A stretch of 64,000 bases of DNA from Eledone cirrhosa. Its lineage: Eukaryota. The stretch lies in NCBI GenBank assembly GCA_964016885.1, contig OZ024740.1:345092001-345156000 (forward strand), in the 5' to 3' direction. A program made the translations under genes and the position numbers. A model generated the notes under the pieces. It had not been told where the DNA came from and did not search any database. It saw only the letters and a list, made by a program, of their open reading frames with translations. This document shows, in pieces, positions 25,834 to 39,700 of this stretch (its first letter is position 1; each line of letters begins with the position of its first letter).

Positions 25834-28800
25834 ATCATTGTTTTCCTCTTAACACCAGACCTGCGAAACCCTAAAAACCCAAATGGGGAGTAACATCAAA
25901 AAGAGAACTCCAAAATGGGGACATTTTACATAATGAAAGCCATTTTCACAAAAACGGGGAGAAATGAGCCAAACCAGGGAGACATCCTCTTCGGACGGAG
26001 AGAGTTGACATGTTGTGAAACACGGCGTAGAGATTGAATGGTCAGAATGTCAACACATTCCAACCCAAATCAATACTTATGAGCGCCTGTTTCTTATCAA
26101 TAATCCGGCAGTCTGACCCGCAAGGCAGAACACAGGTAGAGAATTAAATACCGTAAAATCGATCGTTAGCAGCCCGTCTGAAGAAGGAACTCCATGTGGC
26201 GGGCTGATTGTTGCAGCGAATGTCGCTGTCTAATGTCCGCGGAAATTCTTAACAGATTTTTCCGCGTGTCGCAGCCCAAACACCACCTCACTCCAGGTAT
26301 AGAGCCCCAACCGTCTCCCCTTCCCCCGCCCGTTCTTTCGTCTTCTCGTAGTCCTTGATTTTTCCCTCTTTTTCCTCTCATATATGGCAATTATAGCCTA
26401 TCTACTTTCCTAATAAATAAGATATTTCCTTCTTTACCATTTCCCCCTCTTTTCTTTGCCTGTTTGTATTTCTTTTTTTCTTTTATCTTTTTCTTTCATA
26501 TTTCCATCTGTATTTGTAATGTTATTCAAACAAATGCGAATTGAAATAGTTTCATAATAAAAAAAAATATAATAAGCTACTCGTGAACTGAGAAGCCCGC
26601 TAGACTTTTAGTACGCGATTCAACATAATGGACTGTACAAAAGCCTTAATGCAGTGGAGGAATTCATGAATCTCACAAAATCTACTCATCCTACTCATCT
26701 TATATTTCTTGTACTGGGTATAAGTAAGAAATCAATAGATATTTCCAAATATGCATTGAACTAGAGACCTTTATTTGCAAATACAATCTTCCAAATACGA
26801 ATTGAATATAAGTAACAGTTTAATCAGTGAATCTGGTTTGATGCCAGGTATCATCTGTCATGTATTTCGCTCAGTATCGTGTCCAGTTCCTGGAACACAA
26901 TAAACTTGATTCTATGCCAAATAGTTTCATTTGAACTTGCATTTTGAAACCTTACATGAAGTAGTTGGAAAAATGACAAACAAACATTGTAGGATTAAAC
27001 ATTGTCATTGGCGCTGCGAATCTAACTGTCTATTCACTATGAACTCTTCACAGCAGAAGTTTAGAAAATTATGATGTTAGAAGTGGGCACACGGTACGAT
27101 TTCAATTCTTGAAGCTAATAAACCGATAGTGATAATTTAAAATATCATTTAGTAAACACCTGATTGGTACAAATATTATTCGACCCTAGAACTATGAGTG
27201 ATTACGTTGGCTTCGCTGAGATTGAAACTTTGTTTGTAAATGTATGTAACTAAACGATTAATCCTAACGAATGCACAAACCACAATTCATTGGAGCGGGT
27301 ATTGTCGGTTGTATTTTATTGATACCTCGAAAAATCGAGATGCAAAGTCGACTACTATGTGCCAAATATACAGTATGCAGTTATATGCAACAAAAGATAG
27401 TATTCTATTTACTCCAGGATTGAGTTATTTTTTTTTTATTTGGATGTTTAGTGGTGTACATTAGATATTGTACTTAGTTCCAGTTTCATGTAGTAAAACT
27501 GATAAGATGAAAACTTTTTGAATAGTGGAACTCTGGTCCACCACAAGTCGGCATTGATGCTACTGTTATTGTTTATTTAAATTACATCAGTCCTGATCAA
27601 GCGTATCTCGATAATAATTTCGTCTATATTTTGACAGATGGGATCCTATATTTTGTGGCTATCAAGTGATTGCATATCACTTGACTTCAATTTCTATCGT
27701 GTTGATCGACGACTGAAGCTCTTATATTAGTACGTATGGCATATTATATATGATACTCTCAGGTGTTATCTTATCTAATTCTGACAAAAAATAAAATGAG
27801 TCATTAAAATATAGCGTGTTGCGCAATTACAAGACAACAGTTTTGTAGTGAATGTGTACCTTATATCTATAAGGTTGGCTTCAACTCAAGAACTAATTAT
27901 TTTTCCATAGAATCTATTTATAACGAATAGTCATGGTGAACATGAACTTTGAATATTTCCTGTACATCATATTTGTACGAGTATGTGCGAAATAAATAAA
28001 TAACTTTGCAATTGATGATGGTGATTTTATTGTTGATAAAGTTATTACTAAATAACCATTTCATATCTCCTAGGTTTGCTTCACTAAATACAATAACTAT
28101 AAGCTTGTGTTTGTGGTGTGGAAATAATGGGTTCATTGTGAACATAACCTTCAACTTTACGTATGGAGCATGAAGATTTGTTGATATAGAATTGAGTATT
28201 ATTATGGTTCGATGCTATTATATAAGGGAATATTTACATATATATGGATAGTAGAAAGCTCCCATTGCAGTAATGGGTTTTCTGAAGTGTACCACGAAAA
28301 TATTTTATATACCACGGCAAGACTGATAATGTTTGTTTGGCCAACAACAGACAAAAGGCAAATTGGGCCATGGTGAGAATTGAACAGTCACTAAACAAAA
28401 CAAAGCATATTATCCATTTTGTAATTCAGCGGCTTTACGTTTGTCTACAGAAAAATATGAAAAATGACACAAAACAAACACACAATAACATGAAAGCGCG
28501 CGAGTAAAAGTTCTCTAAGTTTACCAGAAATTTTAAATAAATAATTTACATCCATTTAACTGTACATCCATTTTAACAAACAATATATCAATTCTACTGA
28601 CGCCATTAGGTACATTGACCAACTGCCTCGATAGTTATAACAATATTGTTTAACAACCTTCATTCACCAACAAACACAGGCCCCATAAACTTACACAAGT
28701 GTATATATATATGTATTCATGTATACTGCATATATCTGTATATATATTTGTGAGTGATACTAATAGATAAGTATATTCACTGGCTTGGTACTTCTTACTA

Positions 28801-29424
28801 AGATCCTTGTCTACAGTAAACAACCAGACAATGCCATGTAAATATACGCAAAAAACACGAATTAAATAAGCAGATGCTTCATAATGCTGAATACACACAA
28901 AAACACAGCCACACAAATAAACACACAATTATATATACATATTTATATTTGCGTTTGTGTGTCTGTACGGTTGTGTGTGTATACATGCATTCACACACAC
29001 ACATGCACACACACATATATATATATGTGTGTATATATGTATATATATATGTATATATGTATGTATATACTCCATATATACTCAAATATATAATTATGTG
29101 TATAAGTATAGTAAGGCGCGTAATTTAGATGTGAGTTCTATTTGCTGAAGGGTGGGGCGGTTTGTCTTTGAGTAAGACACTTTATTTCAGGCAGCCGTAA
29201 TTTACTCTGGTACAAAAGGTGAGTTGCATCGTCACTAGTGACAAATTGTGTAGGCATTTGCCTTTCCTCACGACAACAATGTTATCATTGAGACCGGGGT
29301 TTGTCTTCCGACGAAATATCTTGACTGTTTTGTAGGGGAACTTTTTTGTGCATGCCCATTGGCACTCATAATGTAAGTGTGGTAAGACCGGGGAGCCGGA
29401 ACAGCTTTTCATAGTGATCGGGAT

Positions 29425-29489
<65 letters not shown>

Positions 29490-29537
29490 GCGTGTGCGTG
29501 TGTGTGTGCGTGTGTGTGTGTGCGTGTGTGTTTCTGT

Positions 29538-29690
29538 AAAATTCTGTAGTCTAGTACTAGCTGTTAAAACGGCAAGAGCTCTGCTGTTGCGGCCTGATTC
29601 TTTATAAAATAACCTTACTCTACTACCCCAAGTGTCGCGTAATCTGTTGAATAATGGCCTATCCAATTTCTAATTTAAACCATCCTCATG
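29538..29690 (+). mobile_element. Old, diverged, non-inverted family A copy
   Basis: ctagctgttaaaacggcaagagctctgctgttgcggcctgattc...actctactacccc aligns with the family A consensus. Confidence 0.6.
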
Positions 29691-30049
29691 TATATATAAA
29701 TGTGTGTGTGTGTGTCGTTTGTACGCTACTAGTAACATGTAACCCAGTACAAGCTGTTGCATGGGCGACTAAACCGCAAGCCTACTAAGATTGTTTGGTG
29801 AGAAGTGAGATTTGGACACTCTGCGGGATAAAAATAACGTAACAAAGGGCAGAGGAACTTATGAGTCAACGGCCATCAAATAATCATGTACATGCCTTTA
29901 TAAATATATATATATTTTGTGTATGTATCTTTTGTTAATACATATTGATATTTATTTGTAGAAATAATGGCTTAGGAACATTTACGAACAGTCCTGGATC
30001 GCAGGTGCCCCAGTACGCCACAAGATGAGCCCGGTCGTCCACCTACTAC

Positions 30050-30890
30050 TGTTATCAATCAAAAGGGAAACAAAATACATCCCATGAAACTAGCATGCTC
30101 GAAGTTTCGAACTTTAATAGATGACAACTTCAGACAACGACCCGAAAGACAAGCCGCCTTAATTGCTTATAAGTTGAAAAGATACTCACTTGGTATAGTT
30201 GCTCTCTCAGAAGCTCGTTTTCATGGTGATGGCCAGCTGAATGAAGAAGAATTCGGCTATGCTTTCGTTTGGATAAGAGTCGCAGATGAACAAAGTGGGG
30301 AATCAGAGGCTGTATTGCTCGTTAAGAATTATCTCATTTCATCTTTCGAACACTACCCATGTTGTTTATCAGATCGTATCATGTATTGTCATTTTTATCT
30401 AAAACCGCGGCGTTATAAGTATATATGCTCCCACCATGCCAGATACTGAATAATCAGTAGATCATTTCTACAATGAAGGTTGGACATGCTGTGAAAAACA
30501 TTTCTCCTTCTGACGAACTTCTAATCATGGGTGATTTTAATTCAAGAGTGGGATCTGATTTTGATTTTGTGACGTGGCCTGCTTTAGGTAAACATGTTTT
30601 CGGAAGATGCAACAGAAATGGTGTTTCGCATCTCACCTTTTGTACTGAACATCATCTCATCATAACTAATACCTTTTTTCTGCTGAGAAATAAGTTTTAA
30701 AAAGCATGGATGTAACCACAGTCTATTTGGCACTTAATTGATTTTAGATATCAGGGAGTTTTAAAGAGACATGTTAAAGTACATCAAGTTCAGGCACCAC
30801 AATCCTCACCAATATTTACCTGTGATTTGTGCGGTCGACATTTTGCTTCCAGAACTGGTCTAAAAAGCAACATAAGACACCATCCAATGA
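30050..30890 (+). mobile_element. RTE-clade LINE remnant (APE endonuclease joined to C-terminal zinc finger)
   Basis: LKRYSLGIVALSEARFHGDGQL, LLIMGDFNSRVG, LIITNTFF, then FTCDLCGRHFASRTGL. Confidence 0.85.
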
Positions 30891-32249
30891 TTGTTACATT
30901 CATAACTAGTGACTTGTGGTGGATGAGCAAATGGCCCTAATTCCAGCCCACCTATATTTATTCAAGCTAGTGTTAGAGCTAATGCTGATATGTTGGTAAA
31001 AAGGACAGAAGAAAAGCGTAGTAATTTTATTGGTCTAGTCGGCGATTGCAAGTCTTGATCTCCATGTCTGTTTGGGGTTGGTAGAGGAAACCTGTGAAAA
31101 ACCGGTTGGTGGTTGTAATATTGGGGTTCGAAGCATCTTGTAAGTGCTTCTCTCACGACATTTGGTTTGAATTGTAAACCTTACATTTATTTTCTGTTAC
31201 TTGGATAGTGCAACTTTTCAATGTATCAACATCTGTCTCAATATCCTTCCTTTCTGCTATGAAGGTCATTAGCATGTTTATCTACTCCTTATTATGAATA
31301 CATTGAGTATACGTGTTTTATTGTGGTTGTGGCCGGAGTTGTGTTTCTGTCTGATGTTGTTGTTATTGTAGTTGTTAGATTTGGGTAATTTACTTTTCTC
31401 GATATTGTTTGTGATCATGGTAGAGTTGATGTTAATGAGGATTTTGCTTTTTGCTTAGTTATGCTTTTAGTAATTATGTAATAGGTGCGTGTTTCGTTTA
31501 GAAAAGGAGATTGTTTTTCCCTTTTCTTAAGATTTTACTTTTATTTTGGGGTCACCGACTCCTTACCGTAAGATTAGGTTACGGGTGTGAGGTAATGGTG
31601 TGCTAGCAAGTGTGTCTGTTCCGATTTCCAAGAAGCGGATATGGAGGGATGTACGTCAGGTATATTCTGGTTTGTTTTTTTGGACGTGAGTTCTAGTAAT
31701 TTTGTTGCTGTTGCTGATAATAGTGTTGCTACTCTTAAAACTGTTGCTCATTCGTCAGCATATCTTGTTGTCTTTGTGATTGATAACACTAAGGCTACTG
31801 CTATCACAGCTGCTGTTTCAATTGTAGGTTTTATTGTTACCGCAGCTATTGTCACTGCTGTTGTTGGTGATGATACTGCTATTAGTGTGTTTGTTGTTGG
31901 GGCCATGGTTTAGATAGCAACAGGATTTTCTGTTCTCCTGTCAGCTAATCTTACTAGACGGCTGATAATTGAATCCTTGCCTGACACCCACTATGACATC
32001 CACCATGACAGGCAACCCCAGCCTGTTCGATAGGATAATGAGTTATGGAATTCTAATCAATTTCTCCGGTGTGTTGCAGAGAAAGATCTCTAGAGTTCTT
32101 CCAGATCAATTTTCCCACCGAGTTCACTTTATGTTCAGAAAATATCGCTTTCCTCCAGAACAGTTCAGTTTAAGATCCAGCGGATATCCAACGTGGCTGG
32201 GTCACTAAATATCACAAGCCTGGCCTTTCCTCTCACCAGATTTGTGAGG

Positions 32250-32850
32250 ATGAGAAGAATTTGTCAAATCGTCAGGCGACCACGGAAACCTATTTCAGTT
32301 TTAAAGAAATCTTCTACGCTTCCGAACAGACCATTTGTCCTTTATTAGACAATATATCATTTACACCCCTTTCCACTTGGTGGGATGGTGTTTCCGGACG
32401 AAAGTTCATTACGGACACACAGCAAGATAATATTGTTTTCGTTAAAGCACACATACATGATATAGTTGACAGTCATAGTAATTTGTTAAAATGCTAAAAT
32501 TTCGATGTGAAAACCGCCAAGAAGTAGTATAAATATGAAGCAAATACGGTACATGACAGTGAACTGACCACAATTATCTCGGATAAACCCATTAAAACTG
32601 CTTTAATAATCAAGGCCTAGAATAAAGCACACCCACACTGATGAATATTGTAAACATTTCTGATAAAACTATTGCCTGGAAAACTGTCAAAATACAAGCA
32701 TCTTGAAACTGAAATTTACGAGATATGGATTATGAAGTTAAGAACAGTGTCAATAACAATTAGAACACTATATGTTAATATAGCAAACATTGTGAACGCC
32801 AATCATGGAAGCCATACCAGGGATGACAATGCTACACACTGTCGACATTT
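32250..32850 (+). mobile_element. Restriction-like-endonuclease LINE 3' remnant (R4/Dong-like)
   Basis: KLSKYKHLETEIYEIWIMKLRTVSITI resembles KYKDLEIEI..W..K...VPI. Confidence 0.55.
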
Positions 32851-33999
32851 ATGCAAAGTAAAGCCTACTACCTGCATAAGGTACAACTTATTAAATAGCA
32901 AAATCTAAATAAAATAATTTCCAAATACAGGAGGCTCTCTATAAATTAAGCACCTAATATAGTAAAACAACACATCTCACACACCATATTTTCTACAAGA
33001 TGTGTATTCAATACCGTAACATAAATCCCATTAAACATACATCTAACCAAAGACCACAATTACATAAAAACAAGCTCTATAACGAAACAAAACTGATTCA
33101 ATGAACTTTCAGGAGAGGTCTATACTCTTCCACTCTCACAAAAATCAAAACACACAATACTGCTTATACCAGGAAAAAGAAACTGGACCAGCTGATAATA
33201 GCCATCCTTCAGTAAATTGTTTTATTTATTCTAATTCCCAATTAATACAAATATTTACATTTTTCTGCTATAAAAAAACAAACTATTTACACTACTCCTT
33301 AATTAAAAAAGAAAAAAGGCGAATGGAATGAGTTACACATGACATGATTGTTCTATATTTACAATGGATTTCACCCATGGGTGAAATCCATTGTAAATAT
33401 AGAACAATCCCTATTGAACAAGACTCAAAATAAAACGATTTAAAATAAAATATCATTCTAAACTTATGTTCAAGGATAAATATTATAATTACTACGATCA
33501 GTTTTCTTGTACACCGGTGCATCTAACAACCTGAAATTCTGAACAACTGCATGTAAGATGGATCCAACTTAAAACCAAATATTTTTTTTATTTAACCCCT
33601 TCCCTGGCTGTGACGAGCAGGAACAACTTTCATTACAGAAGATGAACGGGGTGCATTATCTTTGTTTTCGTCTGTGAAGATATTCTTTAAATATCCCTTG
33701 CGATACAATGAGAAGATGAAGATATCCTTGTATGAATGCTATTGAGATGCATATAGCTGAATCTATAGTTTCAGTTCTGGGTTGAGCAACTGACATTTAA
33801 GCGGACGTAAGTTCGTGACCCTAAAAATACTTTCATATGTATTACAATTTATATTGATTACAATCTTATATCATATCTACACAAACGATACAATTTCTTT
33901 ATTCTACATGTTTTACGTTTTTTTTGTTTGTTTTTTTTAATCTAATATTTGAATTTCAGTTTATATGACTAACTGAACGTTCAACAATCTCATACTGAT

Positions 34000-34700
34000 T
34001 ACGCTCAAAAACAGATCATGTTTGGCATCAAAACATATGAAAGGGATAAGACTGTGACCGATACATCATTTTCAATATACTCATCTTCATCTTTCACATA
34101 AACAAATCTAAATGATTCACTCACATCTATGCTGCTGTTGATAGAAACAATGTCCCATGTTCAAACTCTGAGTGACATTTACCTGCTGCTGCATCATATT
34201 TCATGTTACCATGAAAATGTGCATTACTGAATTGCTCAGCATGCGAATTTTCTCGCTACCGCATTTGCTATTGCTCCTTTTTTTTTAATAGTCTCATGTT
34301 TCCTAATATTGATTTAGAGTTGCATCCACTTGATGTAAATAAATAAAGGCCCAGTCATGTCCAGCAGTTAGAAAATCTAGTATGCTCTTCTAACAAATTA
34401 GTAAACTCCGAAATATTCCAAACATTAAAATAACTTATTGAGGCTCCTGCACTCTCATTTACTAACATTATCCAGCTTCAGATCATCCACGAAAAGTAGA
34501 TGATTGATCTTCACGTTTCCATTTGATAGTAAATATCCGTATTTGTAAGACCATTGATAGTGGAATCATGGCAATAAGAAAGAGCAATGGTTAGAATGAA
34601 TATTCTTCTTCTAATATTGACCCCACCTAGTTGTTTATTTCATGCATATATGTTTATCGTACATAAAAATACGCTAGACTGGAGAATCCAGTTTTGCCAT
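34000..34700 (-). mobile_element. LINE RT remnant (R4/Dong-like)
   Basis: INHLLFVDDLKL at about 34473-34509. Confidence 0.65.
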
Positions 34701-34754
34701 AGGAATAAAAAAAGGGTCAGACTCTCCTGGTCTTTCTATTTATTGCATCCAGTA

Positions 34755-35540
34755 TTGGCAGTATCGGTAGAGGGTCTGACGCCATTCTTTGCAGCATAGA
34801 GTTACGTCCCTTTACAGTATGAGTTCAAATGCCGCCACGGTTAACTTTCCCTTTCATCCTTACGGGGTCGATAAAATTAAGTACCAGTAATGCACTGGGT
34901 AATAGCTGATTTTGTGCCAAAAGTAGAAACAATTATTAAGAGCGTCGTACCATAGTGTTGCGGCCTTTTACGTTCTGAGTTTAAATCCCGCAGAGGTTAG
35001 TTTTGCCTGTCATCCTTATGGGGGTCGGTCGATAAAATAAAGCACCAGTACTGCACACGGGACGATTTAATAGACTTTCCCCTCCCCTAAAATTGTTGGC
35101 CTTGTGCCTAAATCAGAAACCATTATTGGTGGATTGGCAGTATCGGTAGAGGGTCGGACGCCATGCTTTGAAGCATAGAGTTATGGCCCTTTACGATCTG
35201 AGTTCAAAACCCACCGAGGTTAATTTTACCTTTCATCCTTATGGGTCGATTAAATAAAGTACCAGTAATGCACTGGAACAATTGCTGGCCTTGTGCTAAA
35301 AGTAGAAACAATTATTATTGTTATTATTATTATTTTGGCAGTATTGGTAGAGCGTCAAACAGCATGCTTTCCAGCATTGAGTTACGTCCGTTTATGGCCT
35401 GAGTTGAAATCCCGCCGAGGTTAACTTTTTCTTTCATCCTTACGGGATCGATAAAGTAAAGCACAAGTAACGTACTGGGGTCGATTTAATCAACTTCCTC
35501 CACCCACAAAAAATCATTACCTATACAAGAAATCATTATT
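34755..35540 (+). mobile_element. Four head-to-tail tRNA-SINE copies
   Basis: Heads ttggcagtat(c/t)ggtagag at about 34756, 35135 and 35335, plus a 5'-reduced copy at about 34938. Each has a B-box and the tttcatcctta..gtcgat core. Confidence 0.88.
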
Positions 35541-35619
35541 ATTTAATTTTTATCATCATCATCATACATATTTCTTTGCACAGTGATAATAATATTACCA
35601 CTGGATCATTTAATTGATT

Positions 35620-37620
35620 CCCTATCATTTTATGTAACCTTAGATAGTACTTTCCGCAGGATATTTGCTGCCCTCAAGTGTTGTCGTAATGCTGCGGTTA
35701 AGTCCAATACTATCAAGGTTTTTTTCTGGAGAATTTTTGTCACCGACCCAAATGCTCAAGTTACAATTGGTGCCAGTCAAGATTTCATTCCCTCGACATC
35801 TATTTTCAATTTTGCAAATTTTACTAACTTCTCGTTTTCTTTACCATTGATGTACTGGTCTCCTGGGCAAGCTACATTTATGAACAAACACCTCATTTTA
35901 TTACGTTTCTCCTCTAAATTTATAGGAGAAACGACCTTGTATTTTCAAGAACTCTGTCTGGATTGTAAAGTCCCACAAGAGTTTCACAGTTTGATTTTCT
36001 AGGACCTTCTCTGGTTTGTGTTGATTCCATATCTCAATAGTTTAAAAAAATATTCCTTGCATAAAGACAAATGGAGGTTATCATGACACATTTTATTTTC
36101 CCTTTGCGCAAGCATACCACAGGCATTCACGATGAGTGTCACACTCTCCAATTTGTTCCCACATAATCTTAGATTCTTAGTCTGCAGCCTCTGTTTGTAA
36201 TTTTCTTTACTTTCAATTGTTTCAATGCATAGAACTCTGCTTTTTGCATCATATCTTAAACTTTCTCTTTTACTAATGACCAAACATGACCCTAAGAACC
36301 TGCATTCGTTAGCCACGCCATCTTTCACACTTACAATTTCTCCATTTCTTATGTTACATGGTGTACATAGCCTGATGACATTTGCCTTTGGGTTCAATGC
36401 ATCATTGTTAAGCATTTCCTTACGTGTCAGCCTATCCAACTTCTCTATATCTTCTTTGGCACAATTCAAAATAGCCGCACTGTATCTAATAACTAGTACA
36501 TCCAAGTCATTGATAACGGTAATGAAGTTCAACCAATTCAATTTCGTTTTCAGTAGCAATCATAAACTATTTATATAGACTTCCATCACTTTTCCATTCA
36601 TCTTCTCTTTTAGAACTTTGTCAGGCTCCAAACTTCCCATATATATGTACCCACTATCCTCAGGGTAAAAAGATCGACTCTCCAGTTAACTCATTCCCTC
36701 CATTACTTACATACCTACCTTTTTTCGTAGTCCGGGTGTCTTCCTTTTCGATATCAAACTCCATCCCTATGTTTCTGCAACACTAGTGGACAGTTTTGAT
36801 CAGTGAGTCAACCTGATATTTATTTCTGCCAAAGAGATTCAGGTCATCAAGATGATTGACCTTAGGTCTTATGTTTTCCATCTGATATCCCATAGCTGTG
36901 TCCCGTAAGACCACTGATAGTGGATACATGACAATTACAAAGAGCAATAGTGAGAACAAATCTCCTTCTGATATTACTCCACCTAGTTGCTTATTTCCTG
37001 CATGCCGGTTTGCCTTCCACACAAGTACGACAGTCTGTATTATATTAAAAATACACTTTGCTATTCCAAACATTCTCACATATTTCAGTACCCATGAATG
37101 TTGGACCATGTCAAAGGTTTTCTTAAAGTGTATCTAAACCATGCATACATTCTCTAGACGTCTTTGCAAGTTACTCAACATCAAGATGCTTTTTATTTCC
37201 CTGGGTATTTTCCCTACACTTCTTCTGCTCAGTAGTTAGCAATTCATTCTGAAGCAAGTCATCATACACTTCTGCAGCAAAGATAACATTCACCAGCTTC
37301 CAATTTAAATTCATACAAGCAATTGTTATGTAATTTTTAACTAAGTAACCTTTCCTTTTATCCTTCTTTATAAAAGTGGTCTTTCCTTCAGGCTTCCATC
37401 TTCTTGTACTACACAATGATTTATGTACATCGCTATCCTTAACTGAACACATTTATATCTTTTCACAGAGAATCCTTAGATCCCAAGCGATCCAGGAGAT
37501 TTCCAGTTAGGCATTTTCCTAACTTGCTCTTGAACGTCTGCCTTCAAAATTCCTTCCCATCAATATTGTCACTCGTTAGATAACACGCTCAACTTCATGT
37601 ATTTATCTCGCATCTAGTAC
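35620..37620 (-). mobile_element. Decayed R4/Dong-like LINE (RT plus RLE)
   Basis: KNYITIACMN..WKL, EGDLFSLLLFVIVMYPLS, KVNHLDDLNLFG, FINVACPGD. Many stops. Confidence 0.82.
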
Positions 37621-38229
37621 ACTTTCCTTCGTGTTTGGATTGTCAGCTATGAAATTGACACTAGTCTGATGAGGAGTGTAAGTGGAAACTCAGCAGCACT
37701 AAATACAAGAGTTGTTAAGGGGCGGATTAACTAATTAGATTTTACGGACATCTACTGTTGGTTAAATAACCTGGGCAGCCGGCATGTATTAGTGACGCAA
37801 ATAGATCACTGTGTTACGGTGACTTGTCTCCTATAGGAAAGTTGTGAACAGAGTTAAGTTCTAAGCAGGCTTAGAATATGATTTTATTGGAATGTTATGT
37901 TAGTAGGGATCCATCGGAAAAAAGTATACATAAAACGGATGCACGCAAGAATTGTGAATGGAAAGAGGGATGAGAGAAATTTCTTCTTGAAGCATGGTTG
38001 TTCAGGTTAAACAAATCAGAGCCAAGAACCTGTTGTCCGAAATAGAATTAGTAGTGATTCGTCGCATAGCCCATGCAGAAGCAGGTGCCGAGGCTTTGAA
38101 TTATGAAGTGAACAAAGAAGATATGGAAGAGTTGCGGACTCGGTTGAGGGATCTGAAGTACTTGTTACTATAGAAAACATCATTGGAATTAAGGAAATAT
38201 GTACGGGGTACAATGTCATTTCATCCAGC

Positions 38230-39700
38230 CGAACCGGAGATGAAACTCTAGAAGTTAGATATTGATAATATAAATGGTGATTTCAGGGTGTTGATTGAAC
38301 CGGAAAGGGATTTATTATCAAGGTTAAGATATATCTATCAGGGTAACTTAAAATCGGTGATGACGTCCATAGAAAAGATATTGGCTGGGGTTATAGAGAA
38401 AACAGATATACAAACATCTCGAAGAGGCGAATCTCATCATCAAACAAAAAAGTATCATAGAATATCTAGGAGAACAAAGAACAAGTTGTTAATTGATAAC
38501 GCAATTCTAGGGAATTACAAGTGAACGAAAATGAATTCGGCCATGGTTTTCATAATCTACAAGAAAGCCTAAAGTATGATCCCCCACTCTTGGTTAAACG
38601 AAGTGCTCAATATTGTGGGTGTAGCTGTTCAGCAGCATGAAGCAATGGTGAACGTAATAGTTGTCTGGTTATGATGTTTTAGGAGAGGTTCGCATCAGAC
38701 GAGGTACTTTCCAAGGGGACACATTAGCACCTTTGTTCCTTTTCATATTATACTAATTCCGCTTAATCTTGTTCTTAGAGAAATAAGTTGTGGATATTAC
38801 ACATCAAATCGACCCATGTTTGCAAACCATCTATTGGAGGATTTAAAGTTGTATGGCTGTAATGAAAGAGAACTTCATTCACTTGTCCACACAATATTTT
38901 ATTAGATGAAGTTTGATTTAGACAATTGCAAAATATTTTCAATGTAAAGGGCAAATTGGTTGCGATCGTTGATATTGAAATGATTGGTGCTGAAATAATT
39001 GAGAAAAAAGGTTAAAAATACTGGGGAATGTTGCAGGATGCAGGAATTAGAACATTAACTGACGAACAACTATACATAGAGGTTCGGACGAAATATTCTG
39101 TAACACAAAGCCAAGGTAAAAAAGTATTCAACAAAGCATTTAGAAAGAAGCAAGAACAGTTATGGAAAGAAAGGTCACTACATGACAAATTTCACGCTGC
39201 CATTCAAGATAATGCTGATCCTACGCCTTGGATTTGACTTAGGTTACGCTTGGCATGATGGTTAGCAAAGTGATTCCATTGGGAGTTGTGCAACATGAAA
39301 CGCAATGTCAATGGAACTGCTCTTGAATCCTGCATTTTAGGTGAGTGAATAGAGTGTTTGGGGGACGTCTATATCAAGGTCCTAAACAAAGTCCAACACA
39401 ACCACTTTATAAAAACAAACAACGACCCAAAATGGATTCTAATTGATATTACAATCACTCAAAACCATAATATAGCTGAAAATGAAATGGAAAAGATCAA
39501 TAGATATGCAGACTTTGTAGTCGCTACAGGAATTGAGCACCATATAAAGGCAGAGGTCGGCTGATCATCATTTGAGCGCTATGTACGATTCCTAAACTGC
39601 TTACGTTTTTCATCAAAAGACATGGGTTCACTGACTTCATAGGCAAATTTCTAAAATCACTGTACCGCCAGAATCTTGCGCAATATATTGAGCCTCTGAG
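38230..39700 (+). mobile_element. Second decayed R4/Dong-like LINE
   Basis: LLIDNAIL, RGTFQGDTLAPLF, NHLLEDLKLYG, ILIDITITQNHNIAENEMEKINRY. Confidence 0.78.

Noticed and set aside
31641-31913. Hydrophobic 90-aa ORF resembling a membrane protein
   Set aside because: Low-complexity GTT/GCT-rich sequence within a decayed retroelement region, with no splice or homology support
37660-37710. CTGATGAggagt...gGAAACtc hammerhead-like string
   Set aside because: Stem II does not close next to GAAA, and no stem I/III or cleavage triplet can be built. At best a decayed remnant.
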